Origin: Cycas panzhihuaensis
Lineage: Eukaryota > Plantae > Cycadophyta
Length of the DNA stretch: 64,000 bases
Direction: 5' to 3'
Assembly: GCA_023213395.1 (NCBI GenBank)
Contig: CM041465.1
Span: forward strand, 223,207,741 to 223,271,740
Under the pieces are notes generated by a model, which worked only from the letters and a program-made list of their open reading frames with translations, did no database searches and was not told where the DNA came from. The position numbers and the translations under genes were made by a program. Positions within the stretch are counted from its first letter, which is position 1. Each line of letters starts with the position of its first letter. Of the stretch, positions 35,901 to 50,742 are shown piece by piece.

Positions 35901-38900
35901 GTTTGATGAGATCCATGGAACGTCGATCTTCTCTAAGATAGACTTACAATCAGGGTATTACCAGATCCCGATAGCCTCAGAAGATTGTAATAAGACAACT
36001 TTCCGAACCCACCACGACTGCTTTGAGTTTCAAGTGATGTCTTTTGGTCTCTCCAATGCACCAGCCACCTTCCAAGCCCTCATGAATAAAATTTTTGGTC
36101 TTCATTTTTAAAAATTTGTCATTGTCTTCTTCGACGATATACTTATCTACAGTTCATGTTTGGACCATCACATTTATCATCTGGAGAACGCCCTCCAAAT
36201 TTTACATGAACACCAATTATATGCCAAACTTTCTAAGTGTGAGTTTGGAAAAATTGAACTCCATTACTTGAGACACATCATTTCTTGCAAAGGGGTACAT
36301 GTGGACCCTGATAAAATATTGGTCATCACTACCTGGTCGCCACTAATCGATCTCACAGAACTGCGAACATTCCTTGGTCTTACAGGGTTCGATCGTCATT
36401 TTGTCTAAGTACGCTACACTAGCAGCCCTGTTAACAAATTTGCTTTGCAAAAACTCTTTTCAATGGTTTTTGGAGGCTGAAGCTGCCTTTTCCCACCTTA
36501 AGTTAGTGATGACCTCTACCCCATTATTGGTCACTCTTGATTTCACCCAACCTTTCCAACTCGAATGTGATGCTTTAGGATTTGGAATAGGGAATGTTCT
36601 TATGCAAGAGTATCACTCCATTGCTTTCAAAATCCGAAAACTAAAGGACCATGAACTTTGACTATCAACTTATCGAAAGGAAATGCGAGCAGTGTTACAT
36701 GCTGTGAATAAGTGGTGCTAATATCTTTTGGGGTCAAAATTCACAATCCTTACTGACCACCATAGTCTTCATAATCTGATGGATTAATTGATCCTCTTAG
36801 AAGAACAAGCCAAATGGATTGATCGCCTTCAGGTTTTTGACTTTACGATATCTTATAAGAAAGATAAAGACAATGTGGTTGCAGACACCCTCTCTCGCCT
36901 TTCTTCCAATCCCAATGACACCAACCTCAACATTCATGCTATATCCAAGTCCCAACCCATCTAGCTTGGTGAATTACATGCTGAAAACTAGGCTCAACCT
37001 GATTACTCCCTTTGGAAAGAAAAAGTTTTAAACTAGAATGGATGGTCAACACACTCAAACCATCTATTAGTGCATAATCGCATCTTTATCCACCCATCCT
37101 CATCTTTCATTCCACGCATTCTAACAGAGTATCACTCCACTCCTTTAGGGGGGCATTTAGGATTCGATAAAGCTTATTGTTGTATTTATGCAAACTTCTT
37201 TTGGCCCCATATGAAACATACTATCTTTACCTTTGTGTCAGAATATGATACTTGTCAACGACATAAGGTGGATAACAATGCTTTATCGGGATTACTCTAG
37301 CCATTACATATCCCTCAAGGAAAATGGCAAGACATTGTCATAGATTTTATTACTAGCTTACCTACATCGACTGGGTTTGACTCAATTTGGGTAGTCATCG
37401 ATAGACTAACCAAATATTCTCATTTTATTCCAGTACACACATAGTATAAATCATTCTATTTTGCTGACATTTATGTCCAATTTGTTTTTAGCCTTTATGG
37501 ATTTCCTATAATTATCATTTGTGATAGGGACCCCAAGTTCACTAGCTCCTTTTGACAAGAGCTATTTAAAGTTGTGGTAACTTAATTTAATATGGGTACA
37601 ACTTACCATCCACAAACAAATGGTCAATCAGAAGCTTTGCACAAAACTTTGGAAATATATCTACGCTATTTTGCCTTTGACCACCAAGCTAAATGGACAT
37701 TTTGGTTATCCTTGATAGAATATTGGTACAGTTCCTCACACCATTCAACCATTGGCATATCCCCATTTTTGGCATTATACGGCTATCAACCCCCTTCGTA
37801 CCATACTTTAGCAACTAATTTTCAGGATGCCTTTTCCTAACAAAAGCTTTAAGAGATGGACCAAATCCTTCATACCTTTAAGCAAAACTTAGCCAATGCA
37901 AGGAATCGTATGAAACAACTCCTTGACAGCCACCGATCTGATCGGTTATTTAACATTGGAGATCTCGTATTCCTCCGTTTTCAACCATACAAACAATAAT
38001 CCCTTAAAGCCAATAGAGGCCACAAGCTAAGCCCCCATTATTATGGTCCGTATAAAGTCATAAAATAGATTGGTGAAGTAGCATATGCCTTTGAGCTTCT
38101 CCCAGACACCAATATCCATAATGTCTTCCATGTCTCCTACTTAAAAAAGTGGCTAGGCAAAAATATTACCCCCCTCAACACCCTCCCTATTCTCCATAAT
38201 AACAAATTCTCACAGTTCTACCAGATTGGATCTTTGCTAGTCGTTAGCGTCACCTTCGGATTCACATTATTTCTAAGCATTTGGTACAACGGGTCGGGTG
38301 TGATACAGATGAAGCAACTTGGGAATTTGACGAGTTTGTCAAGTAGCATCCCCATCTGCAATGCTTTGAGGACTCAACGCCTTAGATAGGGGGACTTGTA
38401 ACATAACCCTATCTCTATAAATGGAAGGAAGTATTAGTATGTGGAATCTGCCAAAGGGTTATGCGACCTCATGAATATTCTATGGTATTTATTTATTTAG
38501 TAAGTGTCTAAATAGTCGTACTCACTCATTTAGCAAGTACTCAAATAGTGGTGCTTTTGTATTACACATGTATTTAGCAAGTAGTTGTGTTTTTGTATTG
38601 TACATGTATTTAGCAAGTAGTTGTGTTCACTTATTTAGTAAGTGTTAAAATAGAGGTGTGAGTTTTTGCCCCACATGTACTAGTGGGAAGTAAGTCTTAG
38701 TAGTTGAAGCATTATATATACCCTCTCAGGTCTTCATTGTAATTCATTCTTGGTTCATGTTACTTAAGAGAAAGAACTTTGGCTCTTTCTGGTGATCGTC
38801 TCTTTTGGTTCTCTTTGGTGCTTATTATTTCTCTCACTTCTCTCTTTGGAGTCCTCTATTGTGGAAGATACGTTACATTGTGTTGTAGGTTATTGCAGTG

Positions 38901-39000
38901 TTGATACCAGAGAATTATATGTCAGAGTTGCTCGACGTTAAATACTTTTGAGTAGACAAATATAGTAAAAAAAAAAAATTGTGCATATAGAGACATATGT

Positions 39001-39286
39001 TGTAACGAACTATTACACCAAAGCCTCAATGTGTTAGTAAAGACCGCTCAAGTGTGTAACATTACCTCCCTCACAAGGCGTCGACATCCCAACAACCCAC
39101 TCTTAATGACCTATGTTTGGTAATTCCGCGTCTCATTGGGCCCCAGGAAAACATTGCTATGCCAATGTTTTACTGAGGTTGTCCTCTCCGAGAATTGAAC
39201 CTGTGACATTGGCTATGATACCACTTGTAACAACCCGTTACACCAAAATCTCAAGGTGTTAGTGAAGACTACCCAGGTGTGTAACA
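39001..39286 (-). mobile_element. TRIM/SMART-like miniature LTR element (286 bp, 61-bp LTRs)
   Basis: Direct repeats 39001-39061 and 39226-39286 (TGTAAC...TAACA; 12 mismatches in 61). PBS TGGTATCATAGCC 39223-39211; PPT GAGGGAGG next to the left LTR. Confidence 0.82.
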
Positions 39287-40327
39287 TGGGTCTTCAATAG
39301 GGGGAGAAGAACAAGTTAAAAGGGCAGTGTTGAAACACAATGAAGCCACATGACATTACAGTGGACATTGGTTTGGTTCCCATGGATCAACAACCATTAG
39401 AAAACACTTGAAACACCTATGTAAAACCTTTGAAAAATGTAGCACGCCATTCACAATCTTGAAATGCTTAGTTTGAAAGGTTTAAATGCTATTTAAATAG
39501 AAGAAAATATAATAAAATCTATCAAAGCACATCATGTAGGAAGAGCCCATGCAAATGGCTATTTAAGTGAGTTGAAAATTGCCAAAATAGAGGGAGTGCA
39601 AAGCTCATAAACAAGCCCATGGTAAGAACATCTATGAGAGGAGAAGAAATGAAAGTAGTTGTAAGGAGTTGAATGCACATGGCATGAGGTATATATCTAG
39701 CACAACAAAAATATTTGAGACATCATTGGGAGCTTGCAGAAGTTGCTATTAAAAGTACACGGGGTGCTATTGATAAACATCATTGTGAAACACAAATGAA
39801 GGGCACCTAAGATCAAATGTTGCCAATTAATAAGCCATCAACAAATGTTTTTTGAAAAGATTTGAAGTCATAGACGACCATAGTAGGGAAGAGGCCCATT
39901 ATTAAAATCATTGTAGATGCATGCATTGAAATGCTGAGGAATAAACACCATTGTTGATTAAGCATCTAATGAAAGCCCTTGAAAAGTTGAATGTCATTGA
40001 GAAGCATCCTAAAAGAATAGAGTCGAACGAGGAGAGTGTGTGCTCATTAATTGGGAAATGCAAACCATGTCCTTTATTCAAAGAGGGAGTTGCAACTGGT
40101 CCTCTCATAACTAGATGTAGCCTTGAAATAGTGCAGTATGAAGAGCTGCCACAAGAAGTCAACAGTGAGCCATATGACAAGAAAGAGAGAAGAATCCTAA
40201 ACTAGTACATCATCATTTCTTACGAACGTTTGTCTTATACATGATATACACATTCTGCTATAATAGAATGTTAACTATTTGTTGACACACTTAATAACAC
40301 ATTTAAGTACAATCCATTAATTAGTCA

Positions 40328-40590
40328 GATCTTTGGTTGTACTTCTGGGTTGTGATTAGATCTTTGGTTGCACTTCTAGTCATACTCTAGACTACAATTA
40401 GGTCTCCAATTGGTCATACTCAAGCTGCGATTGGATCTCTGGTCATAATTCCAGTGATACTCAGGCTGTGATTGGGTCTCTAGTTGTACCTTTGGTCATA
40501 CGCATGCTGTGATCTGATCTCTGGTCATACTTCTAGCCATGTTCAGGTTGCGATCTAGAGTTTGATCATACTTCTGGTCATACTTTTGTT
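40328..40590. repeat. Degenerate ~42-45-bp tandem repeat (GATCTCTGGTCATACTTCTAGTCATACTC...)
   Basis: Recurrent GATCT(C/T)TGGT and GGTCATACT motifs at regular spacing. Confidence 0.65.
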
Positions 40591-43500
40591 TGTAATTAGG
40601 AATCTAATTGTACCTCTAACTGTGACCATAAGGTTTGGTCGTATCTCAAATTATGACCTAATGCTTAGATTATACATTCAAAACTACAATTTTGTCTTTG
40701 TTTCTATACTCCACACATATTTCTTCTGTCACAAAATTGTCGAGTGTCCCCACTAAACCCAAAATTCAAAAATTTCTCTTGTTTCCTTCTCCTCCAAAAT
40801 TTTGAACTCAAGATTTCTTGGAACTCTGTCACTGTTGTCCTCCCAAAACTTCTTGAACTCCTTTTCTAGCTTCCTTCAACTTTATTATTTCCCTCTAAGT
40901 ATAATGGATTTGGCCATGTTATTGGAAGTAGTGGCACCCATCTTTTTGATCGGACAAAGTCATACAGGATTAAAACATCTTGTTGTGCCTCAAGTTGTTT
41001 CATATTAGATAATTTCCCTGTTTGCAATTGCACAATTTCCATGTGGAGCTCTTTGTTGATGGCCTGTGTAGTCTTCAATTTTGATATTAATGACCAAATT
41101 TTGCTCTAGAGTTGACTATATTTGTTTAATTCTTTGTCTTGTTTGAAAATCTAAGCTAATAAATTAAAAATGACTTCTTTCAAGTCATCTGGAATTTGTA
41201 ACCTGAACTGCTCTTTAAATCTATCCATTTAGGCAATGATTTTCGAAACATCATCTACCCAATTTAAAATGAATTTAGGTAGAAACTCTAGTTTCTCTTC
41301 TACCAGATAGTTTTATTTAGGGTTGCTCTAAGTTCATCTTCCAATTGAGCTATGCACTCTAAGTCTGGTGATGGTTTTTGGGATCTACTCTTCAATTCTG
41401 TTACTAGCTACTGTGCGACCTAGCCTAAAAAGGATTTCTTCCATGGAGAGATGTCTTGAGGGTCACACAATATTGGGTCAAGTCCATCTTCTAAGGTTTG
41501 TTCATCGCGGGAAAATTTGATCTCTTGTCACTATTGTATCATCAACTATTCAATTATCTGTCATTTCCTTCTTTGTTACTAGTTTCCTACGATGCTCTTT
41601 GCTTTGCTCTGCTTTTTTTGTGGATTCTTGAGCTAGCTCTGCTTCTATCTTGGCATGTTGCTCTAAATGCATCTATAATTCTTCCTCTCCTTCTAGTTTT
41701 CCCTTCGCTTTCCTTTTTCCTTCTTTAATCTCCTTCTTTTCTTCATCTCTTTTCAGTTTTCTTGTTTTTACCTACAAGGTCGCCTATTCTTGCATTTCTT
41801 CTTCTGAGCTACTCACTACTCTACTTGGAGAGGAAGATCTTACTATTTTCTGCCATTTTTGCTGAAGCCAATTTTTTGCATAGTCCTGCGTTTGAACTAG
41901 CTACCGAAATTCTTAAGGATTTTAGCATTCTCTTTGTTAAAAACTTTGGTCCATTTCACCAATTTTTATTGTTCGTTCGTAGGGGTTGGTAGTTGAATAT
42001 TAGGACATTGAGCAAATACTAACCCTAGCGACAATATGGGTTGGAAGAACATAATAGACTGCCTAACATTCTTAACAGTTTCCAAGTTTCTCTTAAATTT
42101 CTTAGAAACAAATTCTGCTCAATTGAATTTCTTATCTCTTCTCACTCACAACAATATGGGATGAAGTTTGGTGGGTGCAAAATAATTCTTTTGTCCTACA
42201 TTACTCCAGTAAATAAAAAATGAGCTATACACCACATTTCCTTGGAGCGAATATCTGTAATGTTTATATTAGAGCTTGAAATTTCAATTATGTTCGCTCC
42301 TATTTGCTTAGCTACCTATTCTTGAGGGATTTGTTAATCTTTTGGAATTTTGGCGTTGTCATTTGGAAATCCTATCAAGTTAGAGATTGCTTCTGCTGAG
42401 AAATCCAAGATCGGTAGTTAAAATGCTACCATAGTTATTGTTGGAGCTAAAACCTTAACGGAGATAAAAATTGCAACTATAGAGACAAAATGTGATAACC
42501 CAACTTTAATTAAAATTTTCTTCCATGAGTCTTCCAGTTGCATCTCCTGCCATTTTGTTTGAATGTGACTGTCATTGGTTTGACAAAAGTTGATATTAAC
42601 CTGTGGAAGGTTCTTAAAGTCTACCATTTCCGTTGATTGCTTTCTATGATTGCCCTTTTTGATTTCTACTTGCATATAAAAATTATTGCCTTTGCTTGTT
42701 AAAAAAGGAATTATTACGTCCTAAATTTGTATGCAAAATTGTGATGGGACTTGTCTTAATTACCTATCATGTGCCAACCATTTCAATTTTAATTGTTTGC
42801 TGCTAACTTGTCACATCCTTCTGCTTTTATATTCTTTTAATCATAACAAAGATTCTGCTTTGTTTGGTCGCCATTGTTGTTCCCTTAATTTGTATTTCCC
42901 TCCTTTAGGAAAAAAGACAATGATATGGCTTAAGCCAACTTCCATTGATTAATTTGGTCAATAATCTATTGTCTATTTGTTTGAGTTGGACAACACCATT
43001 CTGCAAAATTTGTTGAACTCTATATAGTTTTAACAGTCTTAGTTCCATTTTCCTAGGTTATATATGAAATTTATTATATAAAAGTACTAAATTGCCTACC
43101 CAAAATTGGGGTTTCTTCAAATGCTTGTTATTCCAGGCCTTGCTCCTTGTCTTTTCTACCTTCATTCCCCATAAGGCCTGAGCTTGTCATTCATCTAGTT
43201 TCATTAAATTAATTAGTCGTTGGTCCCTTGATTTTGGTTTATTCAATCATAATTGATTGGCTACATCGTTTCTTTTTGCCTAGAACTCCAATGGAACCAC
43301 TACTTTAAGGCCATAAACCAATTGAAATGGTGTTTGTTTTTGTGGTATTTTTTATGTCATCCTGGTTGTCCATAAAATATAATGCAGTTTTCTAGCCTAG
43401 TTAGTTCTACTGATATTACAAATTTTGGTTAGAACAATCTTCAAGATTTTATTTGTGCTCTCCACTTGCTCGTTTGTTTTTGGGTAATAAGGTGAGGACT

Positions 43501-45485
43501 TTCTATGTTGGATCAATTTTTTTGGCATGAGGTGTTTTTATGGTTTAATTTAAAAAATTGCTTCCTTGATCGAATACAATTTCAAGTGGATATCCAAATA
43601 TGATAATTATTATTTCATAGATGAATCAAGTTGTACTTTATGCATCACATTATTTCATAGGCTTTGCCTCTATCCATTTTGTTATGAAATTAATAACTAC
43701 AAGAATGTACTTAGCATTATTGTGCCTAATTGGAGGATTGATTAGGCTAATAAAGTCTAATCCCTATTTCTTAAATGGAGCTTGAGCCAAAAGCAGTTGC
43801 AAGGGCATGAAATGCTACTTACCTAATCTCCCCATACACTGACATACATCACACCTTTTTACCCATTTGTTAATATTTTCGAGCAAAATGGGCCCCTATA
43901 ATCTTGCCAACAATATTTTCCTTATAGTACTTTTGGTTCCTTGATGCATGGGTGTAATTTCCTCCTAAGCCTTCCTTGTTATTTCGTCCATCTCATGTTT
44001 TAGGACACATCAATGTAGAACTCCATCATGCCCCATTTTATAAAGCATTCCCTATATTAGTTGGAAAGGTAAAGTTTTACTTATAAATCTATGTTGTCTT
44101 GCTCGATCTAATCATATTGGAGTTTGCCTTGTAGACAGGTATTAAGCAATCCCCTTGTACTAGGTTGGAATTGCTTCAATTGAAAACAACTTTGTGTCTA
44201 GGAAATCATCATGCACATTTGTTGTTGCTTCTCTTTTTGCATTGTAGGATAGTTGGTTTGGAATTATATGCTTCTCCCCCTTTTTCACTATTAATTTAAA
44301 AGTGAATTCTTGGAACAACATCAAACACTTGTTGATCCTTCGCTGCAATATTGGTTTATTAATTAAGTATTGTAGGACTTAGTGATCAAAAGAGTATGAA
44401 TAGGTTTTCCAACAAGTAATATTTATACTTTTGTAAGGCATACACCATTTCGAAGCCTTCCCTTTCTGTGACTAAATAATTTCATTATGCTTGTAACAAC
44501 TTTTGACTTACAAAGTGTATAGGAAGATCCACGCTGCTATCTCTTGGTTGCGTGTTAGCACAACTAATTGCATATAGAGATGTATTTACATGTACGCGGA
44601 ATGGTTTTTCCCAATTGCGAAATTGTAGTACTAGGGCTTGTGCTATATTCTTTTTCAACAGGTCAAAGGCCAACCACTGCTTCATCGTCCATTGCCATGC
44701 TATTTTCTTTTCCAGTAGGGATTCTATAGGGTTTGCGATTTGGGCATATTCTTTGATAAATTTATGATAATATCCTGTCATACTCAAGAACCCTTTGAGA
44801 TTTTTCACAATCATTGGTGTTGAAAAATTCAAGATCACTGTAACCTTAGTTGGATCTGTAAGCAACCCTTCTTTTATGATGATGCATCCTAACAATGGTC
44901 CAAAAGGAACCATGAAAGCACATTTGTTAAGATTTAAATGTAGACTATTTATTACATAATTGTTGCAATTAATAGAATATGAGTATTTATACATATGATT
45001 AAGGTGGGTAAAAGTTAATGTTAGCTATTAATATGTGTGTGCAAGTTGCATAAGTCTACCAATAGGATTGAAGGTTGAATGTCCCCCTAATAGGATTCTA
45101 TGTAAAGCAACCACTTTTGCCTATTTAAGGCTGAATGTTTGTAAAGAGAGTTTTATGTCTTGAGTTTATTTGTAATATTGTACCTTGTACGAATTTGGTA
45201 TCCATTTGGTGTTCTTACAAGGGTCCTTTTGTCCTCTTGTAATTTTTTGAACAAAAGCTATGAATAAAAGTTTGTTGGTTGCTCATTTTATGCTTCTTTT
45301 GTCTTTTTTGTTACAAGTTGGTGTAGAATTACCACTTGGAACCATTCCAAGTGGTTCAGAGCCAAGTTCATAGGATCCATCTCAAGCAGTGGTAAGATCA
45401 AGTTGAAGAGGAGGAGCATAAATAGGAATATGAACTAGCTATTGCTAAATCGAATCCTATGCCCGTATTATAGAAGTAGGAGTTG

Positions 45486-45488
<3 letters not shown>

Positions 45489-45522
<34 letters not shown>
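45489..45522. repeat. (AG)17 microsatellite
   Basis: Direct read. Confidence 0.95.
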
Positions 45523-45525
<3 letters not shown>

Positions 45526-45659
45526 CTCTTTCCATTGATCTATTAGTAGTTATATCCTATTGTGATTTAGAGCTTAGATATAAGGCTATTGTTATTTTAT
45601 TAGTAGCTATCGCTATGGCTATTGAGAGGCTTAGATCCAAGGCTATTGTTATTCTATTA

Positions 45660-48600
45660 TGTTAAGATATAATGTTTTATCTAGGTCAGAAAAGGGGGTC
45701 ATGTTAGACCAACCCTTAAATGCTCTCATGAGATCATGCCACTTGGCAATATCTGAGTGATTGGTTACATTAGTGGTTGTAACCAACTCATGACTCTTGT
45801 ATACTTAAGCAAATTGAATCTCAATAGAAAATCATCTCATTCCTTTCTCAGTTTGTTTCTGATCTGCGTTTTTTCAACATGGTATCAGAGCAGGGTGCTC
45901 AAATTGACATCTCTTGAGGAGAATTCTTCCGTCACCAATTCTACCAAGTCAAGGAAGATTTATCAACCAACGTCATTAATTTTTCATCGTGCGAATTATG
46001 CGGGCGTACGGATTTATGCGGACGGTGTTTTCAACGATGTCGGATCGAGACGAAATTTTGCGGGGAGATAGATCGAGGCCGCCGAACACATCTCTCTTCC
46101 GAGCGGGCGTTTTGAGGCCGCTTTCAAGGCCAAATCAGCCCTAACCATCCGCTTTTTGGAAAAACTAGAGCGAAATCTCTTCGATTTTCAAAAAATTCCG
46201 GGTATTTCTGGTCCGAAATCCTTCTCACTATAAATACGATTGATTTGCATCCAAAATCGAGGGTTTATTTTGAGATTTTCCATGTTTTTCTCAAAACGAA
46301 TTACGCCCTAATACTGCTTTTTCTTTCTGGAGCCGATTTCTCTCGTTTGAAAAGCAGTTTCGAAAAATTGACTTCAGATCCTCATAAGCGACTTGAATAC
46401 TTACATTTTGAGGTACATTTCATTTTTGGCCGTACATCTAAGGTTTGTACGGAAATCCGTCTGCATTTGACCGCCCTAAATCGCACCCTTCAATTCGAAA
46501 ATCATGTCTTCCTCCATCATTACTCTGTCTAAACCTGAAAAACTGACTAGTTCAAATTACCATGTGTGGAAAATCAAAATGGAGACTATTCGATAATGAA
46601 AGACGCTGGAAATTCCGAGGAAAGGAAACCCGTCCTCCGGCGATGATGACAAATTGAAGAGTTGGATTGAAAGAAATAATATGGGTAGTCTCACTGAAAA
46701 TGTCTATTTCGATTCTCAGTACTTGTCTATGTTGAAAACCGAACCAGCCTCCAAACTGGAAATGTTTAGAAAATCTATATGGTCAAAAGAATAAAGCAAG
46801 AATAATCACACTCAAAGAAGAGTTGTATAAACTCCATATGAAAGAAAGCAAAGTTGGAAGAATTTATGCATAAAATCATCAACGTGAGAAATAATCTTCG
46901 AGTCTTTGGAGGAATGATATCGAACAAGACCTTGTAGAAATAGTAATGCAAAGGCGCCCAAATCTTTGATACCATTGTTAACACTATCACCGATAGTGAT
47001 AGGTTAGATAAATTAACTCTTGATGAATCGGAGGATCGCTATTAAGACGTGAGCAGAGAAACAAAAGGTACGAAAATACGATGAGCTAGAAGATGCCTTT
47101 GCATCCAGGTTAAATCTCGGACAAAGAGGAAGACAACAATTTCGTGCACCTAGCAGATTGTCAGATTCTAGAGGTCGAGGACGCTGGTCAAATTCCAGAG
47201 GACGAGGACGCAGCAGAGAAAATAGAATATGCTACAACTGTGACTAACCGACACTTCGCAAACAATTGCGGATCTTCGACATATGCCGCTATCATGACAA
47301 AGTGGACACTATCCTTACTGTCCTCAAAGACGAAGTGAAATCTACAAAGGAAAAGACCTATCGGCGGACACAAAGAAAGAAAAAGATGAAGAAGAAGAAG
47401 AGGAAGAGGAGACGCTTTCATCACAAAGATTGGTCACGGAATGAAAGACAAAGACATTTGGTACATAGATTCGTGAGCCTCTAAACACATGACGAGCCGG
47501 GAAGATCGGTTCCAAATCATAAATCCATACAATATGGACAAGTCCGTGGAGTCGGTGACAAGTACTCCTTAACATCAAAGGGATTGGAACCATTTCAAGA
47601 ATCAATGGAAATGAAAGAAAAATTTGTAATGTTCTCTATGTACCGGACACAAGATGAATCTTCTTTCGCCTCTCAACCGAGCAAAAAGGGCCGAGGACCA
47701 TTTTCGATGAAGAAGGAATTGTCACATTCTCGGATATGAAAAAGACGGAAAATTGTTGGAAAAGGGATCGATGCAATGATCTCTACAAACTCTGTCCACA
47801 ACTTCCTTGTTTGGAAGAAAAGCTTGTCGCTCTTAAATCGATAATAAAGTATGGCATTTAAGGTATGGACATCTTCCAATTGACACACTTAAACAAATGG
47901 AAAAGTCAGAAATGGTAAATGGTTTACCTAATATCTCTTCAGATACATTTGTTTGTAAAGGTTGTCAACTCAGAAAACAGCATAGGTTTCCCTTTAAAGA
48001 AAGCACTTGGAAATCTAAGTCTAAATTAGATCTGATACACACAGATATTTGTGGCCCTATTTCACCACTGTCAATAAACGGTTGCATATATTTCCTAACT
48101 TTCATTGATGATTTCACTCGAAAAGTTTGGGTATATTTTTTACATAATAACCGAGGTCTTTGAAGCATTTAAAGAATTTAAGGCGAAGTTGAGCTAGAAT
48201 CGGGAATGAAAATCAAGTGTATCGAGTCGATGGAGGAGGAGAATATATGTCGAACGAATTTCTAAATTATCAGAATACAGAGGAATTCGTAGACAAATAA
48301 CAACTCCCTATACTCCTACCAAATGGAGTAGCCGAAAGAAAGAATAGGACCTTGATGGAGATGGCTCAAGCATGATGTATGGAACAAAGATATCAAAGAC
48401 GATCAAGTGTAACAAGACAACATGTTACTTAATAAACAGAAGTCCAACCAGGATACTGAAGAACATCACTCCAGAGGAAGTTTGGACAGGTTTGAAACCC
48501 GATGTAAGTTCCCTCAAGGTTTTTGGTAGTCAAGCATTTGTGCATATTCCTGATAAAAGAGGTCCAAATTAGATGCAAAAGCATAGAATGTGTTTTGATA

Positions 48601-50742
48601 GGATATAGTAAAATTCAAAGGCATATAAGTGCATAGATCCTAGAACAAATAGAATCTATGTGAGTAGAGACGTCGTGTTTAATGAAGATACCTCAAGAGT
48701 CCTCACAAATCAAAATAATAGAAAGTGAAAAGGAATTGGGAACTACCTGACATGTAATAGTGCAGAAGACGAGGAAGAAGATCACCAGAATTACTTGGAA
48801 AATCAAGAGGAAAACGGGCCGAAGAAGGACAAGTCGATTCGTCATCAACAACAGTCGTGGAGACAACATCAAGGGTCATCATCACCAATCGACGGGGAGA
48901 CATTCCATAAGCAAAAAAGTCAAAATGGTATATCAAAACTGTTGAAGAGGGAAATATATTAGAACAAAAGACTCGAGGGCAAAGGTCAAAAGCTCTCCTA
49001 AGCAAGGTTGAACCACGTAATTTTGATGAAGCAAAAGATCATCCGTAATGGAGAGAAGCAATGGACGATGAAATAAACTCAATCAAGAAAAATCAAACGT
49101 GGGAATTAGTAGAACACTGCTAATAAATCTATTGTAAATCGCAAATGGGTTTACAAAACAAAGAAATGAGTTGATGGCCAAATTGAAAACACAAGGCAAG
49201 GTTAGTTGCAAAAGGATATACTCAAACCGCAGTATAGATTATGATGAGACTTTCTCTCAAGAGCAAAGATGAACACAGAAGGATGGATAGCCTTACCGCC
49301 GCCCAAGGTTGGGGAATCTCTCGATGGACGTAAAAGTGCCTTCCTAAACGGTGAACTGGAAGAAGAAGTTTATATGCAACAACCGGATGGATATGCGTAA
49401 TGTGGAAAAGAAAATCTAGTCCGCAAATTGAAAAAGGCCTCAGATGGTCTAAAACAAGCACCACGTGCTCGGTATGCAAAACTAGATCACTTTCTTGAAG
49501 AAAATAAGTTCATTCTGTAACTTTCGATTCCAACAGACATAAGGAAAACAAACAACAAGATAACAATAATTGTTGTTTATGTGGATGATATGTCACATCT
49601 TGGAATGATGTAGAAGGAATCAAGTGGATCAAAAGTCAACTTCAAAGAAGTTTGAAATGATGATTTAGGTTCACTAAATTATTACTTGGGAGGAAATAGT
49701 TCAACATCAAAACTATGTAACTTTGTCCCAAAGTAATTACATCAAAAGTCTACTTGTTCGATTTCGGATGGAAAATCGCAATCCATGCACCACTCCCATG
49801 GAGACAAATTGCAATCTAACAAGAGACAATATGGAAAAGATGTCGATGCTACTTTGTACAGTAAATGATCGAAGCCTGATCTACCTGACAGCCATCAGAC
49901 CCGACATATCCTACTCAGTAGGATTAATATCAAGGTATATGCAGAATCCAAAGTTAAGACACTAGAAGCAAAGAAAAGAATTCTGAGATATCTCAAAGGA
50001 ACAACAGATCTCAAGTTAGTTTATTCAAAGGGGCATCTAATCAAAATCACAGGATACTGCGATTCGTGACCGGGCAAAGACAAAGAACAAAGGAAATCAA
50101 CAAGTGGTTTTTGTTTTTTCTTGGGAGATTCAGCAATCTCATGGTGCAACAAAAAACAAGCCACAGTGGCTCTCTCCTCTACGTATGTAATATAAAGCGG
50201 CCACATCAAGAACTCCGTGAAGCCATCTGGTTAAGACAACTCGCTTGATTTAAATCAACAATGTAAAGAAGCAACTTCTTTAAAGTGTGACAATCAAAGT
50301 GCCATCAAGCTGACTAAAAATCCAATTCTGCATGCAAGAACAAAACATATTGAAGTTCATCATCACTTTATAAGAGAAAAGTACGTAACAAAGAAATAGA
50401 TTTGGAATATCGTCCGACATCCTAACAAGTTGCGCATCTTCCGACAAAACCTCTTGGGAGAGAAAGACTCGGATATTTGAGAGACAAGATTGGACTTATA
50501 GAGATAAAACATTAAGAGGGGGTGTTAAGATATAATGTTTTATCTAGGTCAGAAAAGGGGGTCATGTTAGACCAACCCTTAAATGCTCTCATGAGATCAT
50601 GCCACTTGGCAATATCTGAGTGATTGGTTACATTAGTGGTTGTAACCAACTCATGACTCTTGTATACTTAAGCAAATTGAATCTCAATAGAAAATCATCT
50701 CATTCCTTTCTCAGTTTGTTTCTGATCTGCGTTTTTTCAACA
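45660..50742 (+). mobile_element. Ty1/Copia element with identical 220-bp LTRs
   Basis: LTRs 45660-45879 and 50523-50742 identical on manual comparison; TSD TATTA; PBS 45880-45892; PPT 50514-50522; gag, INT (HTDICGP), RT (VYVDD) and RH (KHIEV) present but frameshifted. Confidence 0.95.

Larger units (their letters stand above)
25622..38877 (+). mobile_element. Ty3/Gypsy chromovirus (full length, decayed), interrupted by a nested element
   Basis: LTRs 25622-26105 and 38397-38877 are diverged mainly by transitions. PBS TGGTATCAGAG at 26108; PPT AGATAGGGGGA at 38384-38394; gag from 26986; RT/RH/INT remnants; chromodomain-like EATWE near 38310. TSD not clear. Confidence 0.9.

Noticed and set aside
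39185-39223. tRNA gene
   Set aside because: Only a PBS and a B-box-like motif; no cloverleaf or A box found.
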